Source: Callorhinchus milii (lineage: Eukaryota). Taken from it: a stretch of 64,000 nucleotides of DNA. Positions 53,205 to 64,000 of this stretch are shown one piece after another (position 1 is the first letter of the stretch; each line of letters begins with the position of its first letter). The DNA lies in assembly GCF_018977255.1 (NCBI RefSeq), contig NW_024704743.1, positions 70,434,001 to 70,498,000 of the forward strand. Direction: 5' to 3'. Made by a program: the position numbers and the translations under genes. The notes beneath the pieces were generated by a model that did no database searches, was not told the origin of the DNA, and saw only the letters and a list, made by a program, of their open reading frames with translations.

Positions 53205-53700
53205 AACCAGAATGATACCAGGGCTTAAAGGGTTAAAATATGAGGACAGATTGCATAAACTTGGTCTCTATTCCCTTGAGGTTAGAAGGTTGAAGGGTGA
53301 TCTGATTGAGGTTTGTAAAATAATAAAGGGGTTCGATAGGGTAGATACAGAGAAACTATTTCCTCTGGTCGGGGAATCCAGAACAAGGGGGCATAATATT
53401 AACATTAGAGGTAGGCCATTTAGGGGTGAAATTAGGAGGCAGTTTTTCACCTAAAGGGTAGTGGAAATCTGGAGCTCCCTCCCCCAAATGATGTGGGAAC
53501 TAGATCCATTCATATATTCAAGACTGAGGCAGATAGATATTTTTTAGGTCAGGATATCAAGGGGTATGGGACTATGGTGGGTAATTGGAATTGAGGTACT
53601 TATCAACCACGATCTTATCGAATGGCAGAACAGGCTCGAGGGGCTGAATTGCCTACTCCTTTTTCTATGCTTCTATGTTTCTGTGTTTTTATGTTTTATG
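53205..53700 (+). mobile_element. CR1 LINE 3' end (ORF2 C-terminus, 3' UTR and TTCTATG-type tail)
   Basis: RMIPGLKGLKYEDRLHKLGLYSLEVRRLKGDLIEVCKIIKGFDRV..SRTRGH is the characteristic CR1 ORF2 terminus. Confidence 0.92.
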
Positions 53701-53775
53701 CTTCTAACAACAACAACTTGCATTTATAAAGCCCTTCACCCAGGATAGTATCTCGGATACAGTAGTAGGGTCCAT

Positions 53776-54096
53776 GGAGTCCTGTAGCTCAGTGGTTCGA
53801 GCACTCGCTTTGGAAGTGAGAGACCTGAGTTCAATTCCAGGCAGGGCGAGACCTTGGGCAAGTTTCCTTACTCCACACAGAGCCTAATAATAATCCCTCC
53901 AAAACCAAAACCAATAATAAATTGGTCATTTTCAATCTATGACTGTTTGTGGGACACTGCTGTGCGCAATTGGCTGCCGCGTTCGCCCACAAATATACAG
54001 TCAATTCACTTTGCAGTATATTCTGTGAAGCGCTTTGGGACATCCTCCCGACGTGAAAAGCGCTATATCAAATGCAAGGATTATTATTATTATTAT
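53776..54096 (+). mobile_element. Young full-length tRNA-derived SINE inserted in an L2 3' remnant (-, ~53705-54255)
   Basis: Complete head, core and (ATT)n tail. An L2 (CAA)n tail lies to the left and L2-like GGGAGTTCCAGA to the right. Confidence 0.92.
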
Positions 54097-54606
54097 AGGG
54101 TTGGTTGCCGAGCAAGAGAAAAGAAGAGGTGACCATAGCAACATAGGCCAATGAAGTAGGTCTTAAGATGGGATGTACAGGTAGATAAAGAGGGAGCAAG
54201 AAGGAGGGATTGAGGTGGGAGTTCCAGACATTAGGGTCATAGAAGCTGAAGGTATTGACTCACATACACATGTGCCCTTCTGCCTTTAATCTTCAGATCC
54301 AATATGGTTTCAGACATCTGGCAGATGAACTCCACCTATTCTATATTTAACAAATGTATGTGCTTCCCTACTCAGCCCTAGCAGAGATTTGAACTGTCAG
54401 GAGAAACATGGATAACTCAGTTAGTAAATGCACTGTCCAAAGTGGTACTGAACACACATGGACCAAGAAGGTTCTACTGGTTGGTAAATGAGTAAGAAGA
54501 GAGCATCAGATTATCACTGGAAGAATTAAGGAGGAAGATAGATTTATTTCATGCAGTGTTATTTTTGTTAAACGATTCTTTTGGTTACTGAACCCGAGTC
54601 TACAAT

Positions 54607-55150
54607 ATAACAACAGCAATAAAATTACATTTGTATAGCGCCTTTCACATCAGGAGGACATCCCAAGGCGCTGGACAATCACTGATTTGGACCTGAGCTG
54701 GGGAAGGGTGGGGGATGGAGGGGGAAAAAGGGGGAACAAAGTCATGGTCGAAGAGGAGGGTCTTGAGATGCGTTTTGAAGGACCCAAGGGAGGGGACGAC
54801 GTGGAGGGGCTGCAGGATGGAGTTCCAGAGGGGCAGATAGAGTGGCTGAAGGCCCACCTGCTAATGGTGAGGCTGGTGAGGTGAAGCAGGCCGGAGCCCG
54901 CTGAGCGGAAGGAGCGGGAAAGTTGATAGGGTGTTAGGAGGTCCAGAGGTAGGGGGGCAAGACCATGGAAGGCTTTGAAAGTGAGGACCAGGATCTTGTA
55001 TCCTTTATGTGATAGGAAGCCAGTGGAGTTGGGTGAGGATGGGGGTGATAGTGTCACAGAGCTTGATGTGGGAGAGAGGACATGGGCTGCAGAGTTCTGG
55101 ATAACCTGCAGTCTTTGGAAGGAGAAGTTGGGGAGGCTAACAAGCAGGAA
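54607..55150 (-). mobile_element. L2 LINE 3' fragment, abutted by a SINE 3' fragment (+, ~55152-55268)
   Basis: ORF 54650 reads RLQVIQNSAAHVL..KILVLTFKAFHGLAP; 3' stem-loop and tail at ~54610-54670. Confidence 0.9.
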
Positions 55151-56204
55151 GTTTGCCCACAAAATATACAGTCAATTTACTTTACAGTATATTCTGTGAA
55201 GGGCTTTGAGATGGCTCTAAGACATGATAAGGCGCTATATTGAATGCAAGGATTATTATTATTATTAACACTTAACAGAAAATTAAATAAATATTTGAGG
55301 AGGTATGAGGAAAGAGCAGAGAATTGGGATTGGAGTTATTGGATCCAACCGAGCAGCTGCATCAGTCTAGGTTCTGATGCGTCCTGTGCTGTAGTCTCTA
55401 TGATTTTTGAGAGCCCAGTTTCTATAGATTCTCTCTTGGTCTGTATTAATTGGAGTAATAGTAAGGGTGCTACAATTGGCTTAGTGACCCTGGGCTACGA
55501 TGTAGGAAAACACAGAGTTCCACCTTGATTACCATCTAGTAAATCCAGCTGGAAAGTATACATGCAGAGATGTTGTCTGAGTTAAGGATTAGCCGTGGAA
55601 ATGATGTTGGAGTAGGGGTAATAACTAAAGATTGGGAAAATGGGAGAGGTACCAGAAGGTAGTCACTATCTATTAAACTTTATGTCAATGCAATCGGGAG
55701 AGGAGGGGAATAGATTGGGCTGGAAATAATTTTTAAAAAATGAAAACTCTCAAGTGTTTTGAATTTGAATTTCTGTCATTTGGGACCAGCTTTTCTTTGG
55801 CTTCCTTTCAACATCATTATTAAGACATTTATGACAATCCTCTCCCACGCTTTTGACTTTCAAAATACTTATTTAACCAGAAAGAACTTCTTAGGGTTTA
55901 TAACATTAAGTAGCAAGTGAAAACATGTTGGTAGGTGTCAGATACTCCAAAGTTTTAAATATTTTATTCATGTTTGAGAAATTTCACCTGTTTCTTCAAG
56001 CTACTTTTCAATCATTGTTCAACACAGATGCAAGGTACTGATGTAAGAAGTTAATAATAGGAGGCACATCTATGGATGAGACTTCAACAGGACAATTTGA
56101 AAGAGACCTTGGATGTTAATTGTCTTGTTGCTCATAACGTCTATACAATGTTGTGACATGATAGGGGCACGGATCCAAGACCCAGAGCAGAAAAGAGCAA
56201 TAAG

Positions 56205-56655
56205 AATTAATAATAATAAGAAGAAGCCTTGCATTTGATATAGGACCTTATCAAGTTTGAAGGATATTTCAAAACGCCGCACAGGAATTATTATGAATGG
56301 GATGGCTGTGTATTTTGTGGGTGAAATGTGGCAGCCATTTGCGCACAGCAATGTCCCACGAATAGCCATGGAGTGAGTGACCAATTTTATTTCAGGATTG
56401 TTGGCCAGAACATCAGGAGAAACTCTCTTCTCTTTTCGAATAGTGCAATGGGATCTTTAACGTCCACTTGAATAGGCAGTCAGGACCTCAGTTTAATTCT
56501 CATCCGAAGGTCGACACCTCGAACAATGCAACACACCCCCTGCATTGCATGGGAATGTTATCTTAGACTATGTGAGTTCAGATCCTGACTTGGGATTAGA
56601 GCCCATAACCTTCTCACTTAGAGGTCAAAGTGCAACCACTGCGCCAAGCTGACAC
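56205..56655 (-). mobile_element. Near full-length old DeuSINE (SacSINE1-like)
   Basis: tRNA-like head, then TTCGGATGAG..AAACTGAGG..GTGGACGTTAAAGATCCCATTGCACTATTCGAAAAGAG, then GCTGTGCGCAAATGGCTGCC and an L2-type tail. Confidence 0.85.
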
Positions 56656-57297
56656 ATTCACTAAGGCTGATCCCCATTGATGGACGGATAAGCTGCATAT
56701 AAACAATTGCATACGACAGGGCTTTTCAAGCTCAAAAAGATAAATGTGGAATATAAATACTGGCATGGACTATTTGGGTCAAATGGTCTGATTCCGTACC
56801 GTATTTCTTTATGTAACAATGTGTCATTATGTCTCAGGGAATATTTTATTACAGGTATATAAGATGTTTAGTGGGTTAGAAATAATATACCAGTAACAGT
56901 AGTTTCAGATATATCAAGGCAGCAGGGTAAGTTGGCCTAGGACAATATCAGGAAATATCTATATCGTCTCATACCCAGCATTATCCAAATGAGTCTGCTC
57001 TGCCTCCCCCCTTCTCTCCATCTCTACAATATTCCTCCTTATTACATTAGTCAGTTAGTCAAATTCAGCTATTCTGCAGACAGCTAATATATTCTAAACA
57101 TCTCATACGGTTCAGCAAGAGCAAACTCGATCTGTACATTTCTCGAGTTAGGCAGTTTCTCTTTCTACTAAAGTGCAAAAATATCTCTTTTTGATTGTCC
57201 TTTTAGTCACATTCCTTCCATCCCCTTTCTCCAGATCAGGCTTCCAATCAGCTTTCAGAAGGAATCACAAATGCAGCATTTGCTCAAATTTTCACTC

Positions 57298-57805
57298 CGA
57301 CCCACAAAATATACAGTCAATTCACTTTACAGTATATTCTGTGAAGCACTTTGAGACATCTCAGAGACGTGATAAGACACTATATCAAATGCAAGGATTA
57401 TTATTATTATAAGGTTAAATCCGATTTTCAAAAATTAACTTCTTATTATCAGAGATCTATTATCTTGGGCTTTTGACATAAGTGAAAGCAACTAATTTAA
57501 CTGTCACTTGTCATCCTTCAGATGAGATGATAAACTGCCTGTTCAGGTAAACATCAGGATCCCAGAAGTTATTCGAAAAGAGAAGCGACTTTCTCTCTTC
57601 CAGTGTCCTGGCCAACAATCTCCCAAATAAAATTGGTCACTCAATCCATGACTGTTTGTGGGACCGTGCTAATATGCACAATTGGCTGCCGCATTTCGCC
57701 CACAAAATATACAGTCAATCCACTTTACAGAATATCCTGTGAAGCACTTTGCGAAGTCTCGATGACGTGTTAGAGTGCTATATTAAATGAAAGGATTAGT
57801 ATTAA
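57298..57805 (+). mobile_element. SINE 3' fragment (~57298-57412) and DeuSINE 3' half (~57505-57805)
   Basis: Share the CCCACAAAATATACAGTCAAT..TGTGAAGCAC and AAGGATTA tail sequence. Confidence 0.8.
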
Positions 57806-59274
57806 AATCTTAATTCCAGCTAGGTTTTCATTTAATAATAACCCTTGATATAATATAGCCACTACAATGTCAAAATGTCTCAAAAGGCTTCCCACGTAAT
57901 TCCTGTAAAGTATAGTCACCATATTTTATAGGCATCCTGCATAGAAATGTTTATCCATTAGATCAACAATCTTGTACCCTTCTTGCAAAGAGAACCATTA
58001 GTTGTGAACTAAAGTGTAGTGTGAACGAGATCTCAGGCTGACGTGTATCAGCAAGTTCAGTGTGCAAAGGAAATGGCAATAACTCATAACCTGACTAGGA
58101 ATTCTGCTGGCAGGTTAAGAGCCCCTTGGGCATACTTCAACTATTAAACTGTCAGTTTTGCTAGATAATTTAAGAGGAGACCACCTACTAGTCTGATTAA
58201 CAAAACATTTGCAGTGTATTCTAATCACTGTATTTACTTGAATTCCAATTTCAAGACAGGTGGGTAGGACAGTACTTTACTGTTGTCAGGAGCTAATCTC
58301 AAGAGGAGTATTCTCCATGTGCATTTTTTTAAAAAGAGTTGGTGTATGACCTGGAATTATCACAGGCTGGGAAGCACATTACTGCTTCAATTACAGCATT
58401 CCAATAGGATTCCCTTTCGGTTAGTTTAGGCAAATCACGTTTCATATTATCATTGTTATATGGGCTGGGTGTCCAGCCTGCATTGTCAAACAATGCTTTG
58501 AAACATCCTCCCAACATGAAAAGCGTTATATAAATGTAAATTATAGTGTATAGCTGAGAGCTGATTATCCACACAAATTGGGATCAGGTGTTTGTGGATA
58601 TAAAAACAGTGTGGATAATTGATCAGACTTGTTACTCAAAATACAGAACTGACAAAAAGATCTTGCACTAGGAATTATGCTGCCACTGCTACCAAAATGT
58701 ATCACTGTCTCTCGCTCCCTCCGATTCCTCCTCTAACTTTTTCCTTCTCTCTTAAATTTCTTTCTCTCTCTCTCCTTCTCTAACCTTGTACCTCTCTCTC
58801 TGTTGCTCTCAATCTCTTTCTCTGACTCTAACTATACACGTCTAAATCAAAAAAATTCCAGTTGTGTGCATGCAAGAGGTTATAGATGAAGGTTGCACAT
58901 GTGAGTTACAAGGCTACCAGACTTGCCCTCAATTGCACTACGCAGATAAATTGTGGGCTCAGAAAATATATAATAAGCAAGCACACCAAATTTTCTTTGC
59001 CATTATCGGAATCTCGCATTCACTTCTACATTGGAGCCCAATGCAAATAAGTGGGTATGTGTTAGTTGCCATGCAATTCTACATGCAATTCTACTAAACT
59101 TTATTCAGTGATTCTTGAGTATGATCAAGAATAGTCAACCTGGTGGCTTTTTATCAATAGCGCTTAAAGTCTTATAGGGCACATATTCCAAAACAAGTTA
59201 ATATTCCATCAGCAGTTAATAACTACTTCACAAGCCATGTTTCCATATGGAGTGCAGTGGTAATCTATTTACAG

Positions 59275-60670
59275 AAAACCAACAACTTGTATATATATAG
59301 TGCCGTTCACGTATGATGACATCGCAGAGTGCTGTAGAGTAGTGGGGCTGGATGCCAGGTAAAGAAGGGCAGATGAGGTGTCCACAGATGAGGTAGAAAT
59401 TTTTTGGTGACATTTAAAGATAGGCAAAGAGGGTGGCGAGGTGGAGTTCCAGAGATTAGAAGCATAGTGACTGAAGGCACGGCCACCAATGATGGCACAA
59501 AGAGGTCAGAGGACACGCAACTAACCAGTGTTATCTGAGTGAAAGAGGTGGGTAAGAGAGAGAGATAGAGAGGTGCTAGGATGTGAAGGGATATCAATTT
59601 CAAGATCTTGAAGTCAAGACCCAGTGGAGTCTGGTGAGGATTGGGATAATGGTCATGCAGAGTTTGAGTTTGGTCTGGATGAGGATGCGGGTGGTGGAGT
59701 ATTGGATGAGCTGGCTCTTGTGAGTGGTGAAACTGGGGACACCAATGTGGAGTGTTTGAGAAATCAAGAAATCAAAGAACTGGCACAGTGGGCCAATTGG
59801 CCACCTTCTGTGCTGTAAAATTCTATGATATGTATAGAATCAGATGATATGGATGTGGTATGGATGAGGGTTTCAATGGCATTTGGTTTGTCATTAGGGT
59901 CGGAGGTAGGCAACGTAATGGAGAAGGAGGAAAGCAGCCCTGATCAAGGACTGAATGAGGGTAGGAAGGACACCTGATCATTGAATCAGACACCAAGACT
60001 GTACAATAGTTCAGTGAGTTTGAGAGATGGGCCGGGGAGGTAAGGAGTTTGAGCTGGAGGTGGGGAGATGTTGGCAGGAGACAAGGGGTATAATAATAAT
60101 CCTTGCATTTGATATAGTGCCTTATCATGCATTTGAGACTATCAAAGCGTTTCACAGAATATACTGTAAAGTGAATTAACCATGTATTTTGTGGGCAAAT
60201 GTGGCCAATGTCTTGTCATATTTTGGCCTGGAACATCTTTCCAATGTGAAGGGCACTATACAAGTGTCATTTGTTGTTGTTGTTGTTGTTATTGTCCATG
60301 TTAAGTTGCAGAAAGTTGGTGCACACCCAGGCCTTGATATCTAACAAGCAGGCAAGCAGAATATCAATAGACCTGGGATCACAACTAGGGGAGTAAGAGT
60401 AGATTTACAGGTCATCCAATTTTTTGTGGAACTTAGCTCCATGTCTGAGATTGATGTCACCAAGGAATCATGTAAATGAGGAAAAGTATGGGGGGTGGCG
60501 AGAATAAAACCTTGCGGTACACCCCAGGTGACTGTGCAAGCGTGGGAGGAGAACATTTTGGAGGAGACAAAGTGGAGGCGGTCGATCAAGTAGAATTTGA
60601 ACCAGGAAATTGTGGTCCCATAGAAGTGGATGAGGAAAGGAGAGGTGATCGAGGAAGATGGAATGGTCCA
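59275..60670 (-). mobile_element. Cluster of decayed L2 fragments with an inserted SINE 3' end (~60089-60210)
   Basis: (CAA)n L2 tail at ~59278; GVPQG motif in ORF 60341; SINE tail TAATAATCCTTGCATTTG. Confidence 0.7.
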
Positions 60671-61049
60671 TGTCTCATAAGCAAAACATCAGAATGCATG
60701 TAATGAAGGAAGACCATTTGACCAATCAAGCTTGCTACTTCCTCAGGCATGCAAAGCCTATCCTATCATGGTATTAGCTCTACCTACTTTTATCTCTAGA
60801 GAAAAGCTTCATATAGATATCCCCTAATCACAAGGAATAAGCAAAACGTAGAATACAGAACACAGAATTTTTCCATCTCCATTATAGAAGCTCCATACCT
60901 GACTGGCTGGTAAGAATGAGACAAATATGATTACAATATTTCCGATTTTCACCACACTATAGCTGAAGGAGTAAAAATATACACCAGCATCAATAACTTT
61001 GCTGTGCAAGATCTGTGATTATTCTGTGTACTATCTAAATACAGTATAT

Positions 61050-61150
61050 TTACTTGCTTTGCAAGCAAGAGGCCTGAGTTCAATTCCAGGCAGGCGAAAC
61101 CTTGGGCAAGTTTCCTTACTCCACACACTTAATAATAATCCCTCCAAAAC
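61050..61150 (+). mobile_element. SINE 5' fragment (tRNA-like head only)
   Basis: CTTGCTTTGCAAGCAAG..GAGTTCAATTCCAGG..TTGGGCAAGTTTCCTTACTCC. Confidence 0.85.
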
Positions 61151-62064
61151 CAGTGATTAGGATTTTAGCTGCTCAATGTTAACATTATATTTTGGTTTGA
61201 AATCGTAAGATTTAAATGGCCTAATGCACAGGCTGACAGTCTCCACGAGTCCAGTGAACCACACAGAACCTTTCCTTTCCGTCTTACCATGACAATGTCA
61301 TTTTGACTTAGAGAGAAAAGTTTGATCCTCCAAACTTAATTTTTTCAATAACCCTAATTTAAAACATTAAAAATAATTACTCTCAAAAATCCATGGAACA
61401 TAACAATAAAAACAATCACACAGGTGTCTTAGTAATTGTGATATTTCTTCAAGAAGCATCCTGACAAAGTAATACACTTGGGACTTTGTCACTAGTTTGT
61501 TATTCATTAGGCTTATTGACTGGTTAAAGTCTCCATCCAGTGGTGTTTTACTTTATATATCGTGAGAGAATAAACAGTTTAAAACTCTTTCCTATTCTTT
61601 AAATTCTAGAATATGGAGTATATAGGTATGGAAAATGGAATATGTGTGTGATAACTGTCACTGGTCCTCATTTATGCATCACATACAAAATGTTTACCCC
61701 ACAGATAGATATAACATTAAACATAGATTAATCTTTGTCCACTGTTCACTTTGCTAGAAAACTCATGTTTTTCTTACGTTTTTAAGTATATACTGTACAA
61801 CATCCTGTATGTTACACAGGTAGACTGTAGTGCCAGCGCCTTGGTACGTCCTCCCAACATGAAAGGCACTATACAAATGTAATTTTGTTGTTGTTGTATA
61901 TTATCAAACACAGTGGAACAGTTGCTATTCCTGCTGGGAGGCTTCTCAGATTTAGTGCTTCTTGCAGTTTCTGTAAAGTTCACACAGAAATTTAATTAAA
62001 ATTTGTTTTCCAAATTCAATAACAGAGACGATATTAAATACTTCCAGCAAAGACACTCATCACA

Positions 62065-63685
62065 ACATCAACAACACAATTACATTTGGATAGGGCCTTT
62101 CTCAATGGGAAGACATCCCAAGGTGCTGGACATTCAGTGTTTTGGAACCAAGCTGAAGGTCAGGATTGGGGAGGGTGGAGGGCAGGGGGGACGGAGGATG
62201 AACAAAGCCACGGTCGAAGCGGAGGGTCTTGAAATGGGTCTTGAAGGAGGGAAGGGATGGGACAAGGTGGAGGGACTGTGGGGTGGAGTTCCAGAGGGTG
62301 GGGGCAGAGTGTCTGAATGTCCGCCTGCTATGGTGGGGTGGGCAAGGCGGAGGATGGGAAGCAGGCCTGAGCCCGCCGAGTGGAGGGAGTGGGTAGGTTT
62401 GTAAGGTGTTAGGAGGATGCAGAGGTAGGGGGGAGCAAAGACTATGGAGGGCTTTGGAGGTGAGGACCAGAATCTTGAACTGTATCCTCTGTGTGGTGGG
62501 AAGCTAGTGGAGTCGGCTAAGGTTGGGGGCATTAGGATCACGGAGCCTGGTGCGGGAGAGGACATGGGCTGCAGAGTTCTGGATGATCTGCAGCCTATGG
62601 AGGGAGAAGTTGGGGAGGCCGACAAGCAGGGAGTTTGCATAGTCAAGCCTCGTTGTTATGAAGGCGTGTATGAGGGTCTCGGCGGCCTGCGGTATGAGGC
62701 AGTGGCGAAGCCGGGCGATGTTGTGGAGGTGAAGGAAGGCAGAGCAGGTCTTAATAATCCTTGCATTTGATATAGTGCTTTTCACGTCGGGAGGATGTCC
62801 CAAAGCGCTTCACAGAACACACTGAAAAGTGAATTGACTCTATATTTGTGGGCGAACGCGGCAGCCAATTGCGCACAGCAATGTCCCACAAACAGTCGTA
62901 GATTGAAAATGACCAATTTATTATTGTTTTGGGGTTTTTTTTTGGAGTGATTATTATTAGGCATGTGGAGTAAGGAAACTTGCCCAAGGTTTCGCCCTCT
63001 GCCTGGAATTGAACTCAGGTCTCTCGCTTGCAAAGCGAGTGCTCTAACCACTGAGCTACAGGACTCCACAGCACAGATTTGGGGTAGGAAGGATAATTGA
63101 GGGTCTAATAAGATGCCAAGGTTTGGACTGGCTTAGCAAGATGGAGTGTGCATCCTTGGAAGGTGATGTTGTCAGCGCATGAGATGTGGATGCGCTGACT
63201 GCAGCCAATCAGGAGAGCCTCGGTCTTGTTGACGTTCAACTGAAGAAAGTTACTCTCACCCAGGACTCGATGTCTAACAGACATTCTGTCAGGACAGCAG
63301 TGGTCCTGGAGTCAAGGGTGGAGGCAGAGAGATAGAGTTGGGTGTCATCCGCATACATGTGGAAGTTGACCCCATGTCTGTGGATGATGTCACCAAGAGG
63401 GCGCCTATATATATTGAAGAGGAGGGGACCAAGGACAGAGCCCTGAGGGACGCCACACAAGATGGTGCAGGGGATAGAGAAGAAACTGTGTGTGGAGATG
63501 AAGTGGAGATGGTGTGAGAGGTAGGATCTGAACCATTCAAGCACAGAACCATGAAAGTTAAGGTGAGAAGAGAGGCAGTGGAGGAGGATAGAGTGGTCCA
63601 CAGTATTGAAGGCATTGAAGTCAAGTAGGATGAGGAGGCAGAGGGAACCCTGGTCGCAGATGGACAAAATGTCATTTGTCACAAG
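62065..63685 (-). mobile_element. L2 LINE (RT domain to 3' end) interrupted by a SINE
   Basis: ORF 63236 reads LLILLDFNAFNTVDH..GVPQGSVLGPLLF..HMYADDTQLY; ORF 62504 reads TRLDYANSLLVGLP; tail at ~62065-62130. Confidence 0.93.
62752..63067 (-). mobile_element. Young full-length tRNA(Ala)-derived SINE nested in L2
   Basis: Near-identical to 14885-15211; L2 sequence is continuous on either side. Confidence 0.94.
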
Positions 63686-64000
63686 TGGTGCTTATGGATC
63701 ATCCCTTATTCCAAACTGAAATTTGTCTCAAAAATAATAATTCAGAATCACATCTTATTGTACACTACACAATCTAAAAAGTAACTACTGCTACTTTCAT
63801 GCTAGTTTATGCTTGAAGGTAGACCTCCACTGGTAGTTTGGAAACAAATACAACAACAACTTGCATTTATATAGCGCCCTTCATGTAGGATAGCACCTTG
63901 GAGCATTACAATATGGGTAAAATATGATAGAATATAGGCAGAAAACAACTATGATTTTATCAGGTTTGCAGTATTCAAAAGTATCAATTAAATGCATTGA

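Noticed and set aside
53776..53850. tRNA-like sequences with A/B boxes (also at the 5' ends of the SINEs at 11457, 15211, 19375, 63067)
   Set aside because: They are SINE heads: each continues into the SINE body and tail and lacks a proper acceptor stem.
62065..63685. Active reverse transcriptase gene
   Set aside because: 5'-truncated, frameshifted and interrupted by a SINE; a dead L2 copy.

Overview
Vertebrate genomic DNA, most likely a cartilaginous fish. The DeuSINE/SacSINE1-like, L2 and CR1 repeat content is typical of chondrichthyans, possibly a chimaera; the species is an inference. The window holds the 5' two-thirds of SATB1 on the minus strand: seven coding exons (28688 to 690, 1425 nt, 475 aa) covering the ULD, CUTL and CUT1 domains, all with GT-AG sites and consistent phases. 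The gene continues past the left edge. Upstream are two CpG-rich islands (~29.4-31.8 kb and ~40.0-42.2 kb), each with a strong minus-strand splice donor, consistent with alternative non-coding first exons. The rest is intron and intergenic DNA rich in tRNA-derived SINEs, L2 and CR1 fragments. Most notable observations: (1) two mammalian SATB1 regulatory residues are absent (PKC site S185 is Met; caspase-6 site VEMD254 is AEME); (2) inverted repeat pairs bracket exons 6 and 7; (3) a 4x33-bp minisatellite carries CTCF-like cores, divergent to two CTCF-like sites beyond the distal island; (4) a frameshifted THAP-like remnant lies at ~51.1 kb. I found no convincing wholly new gene system. Repeat boundaries were read by eye and are approximate.
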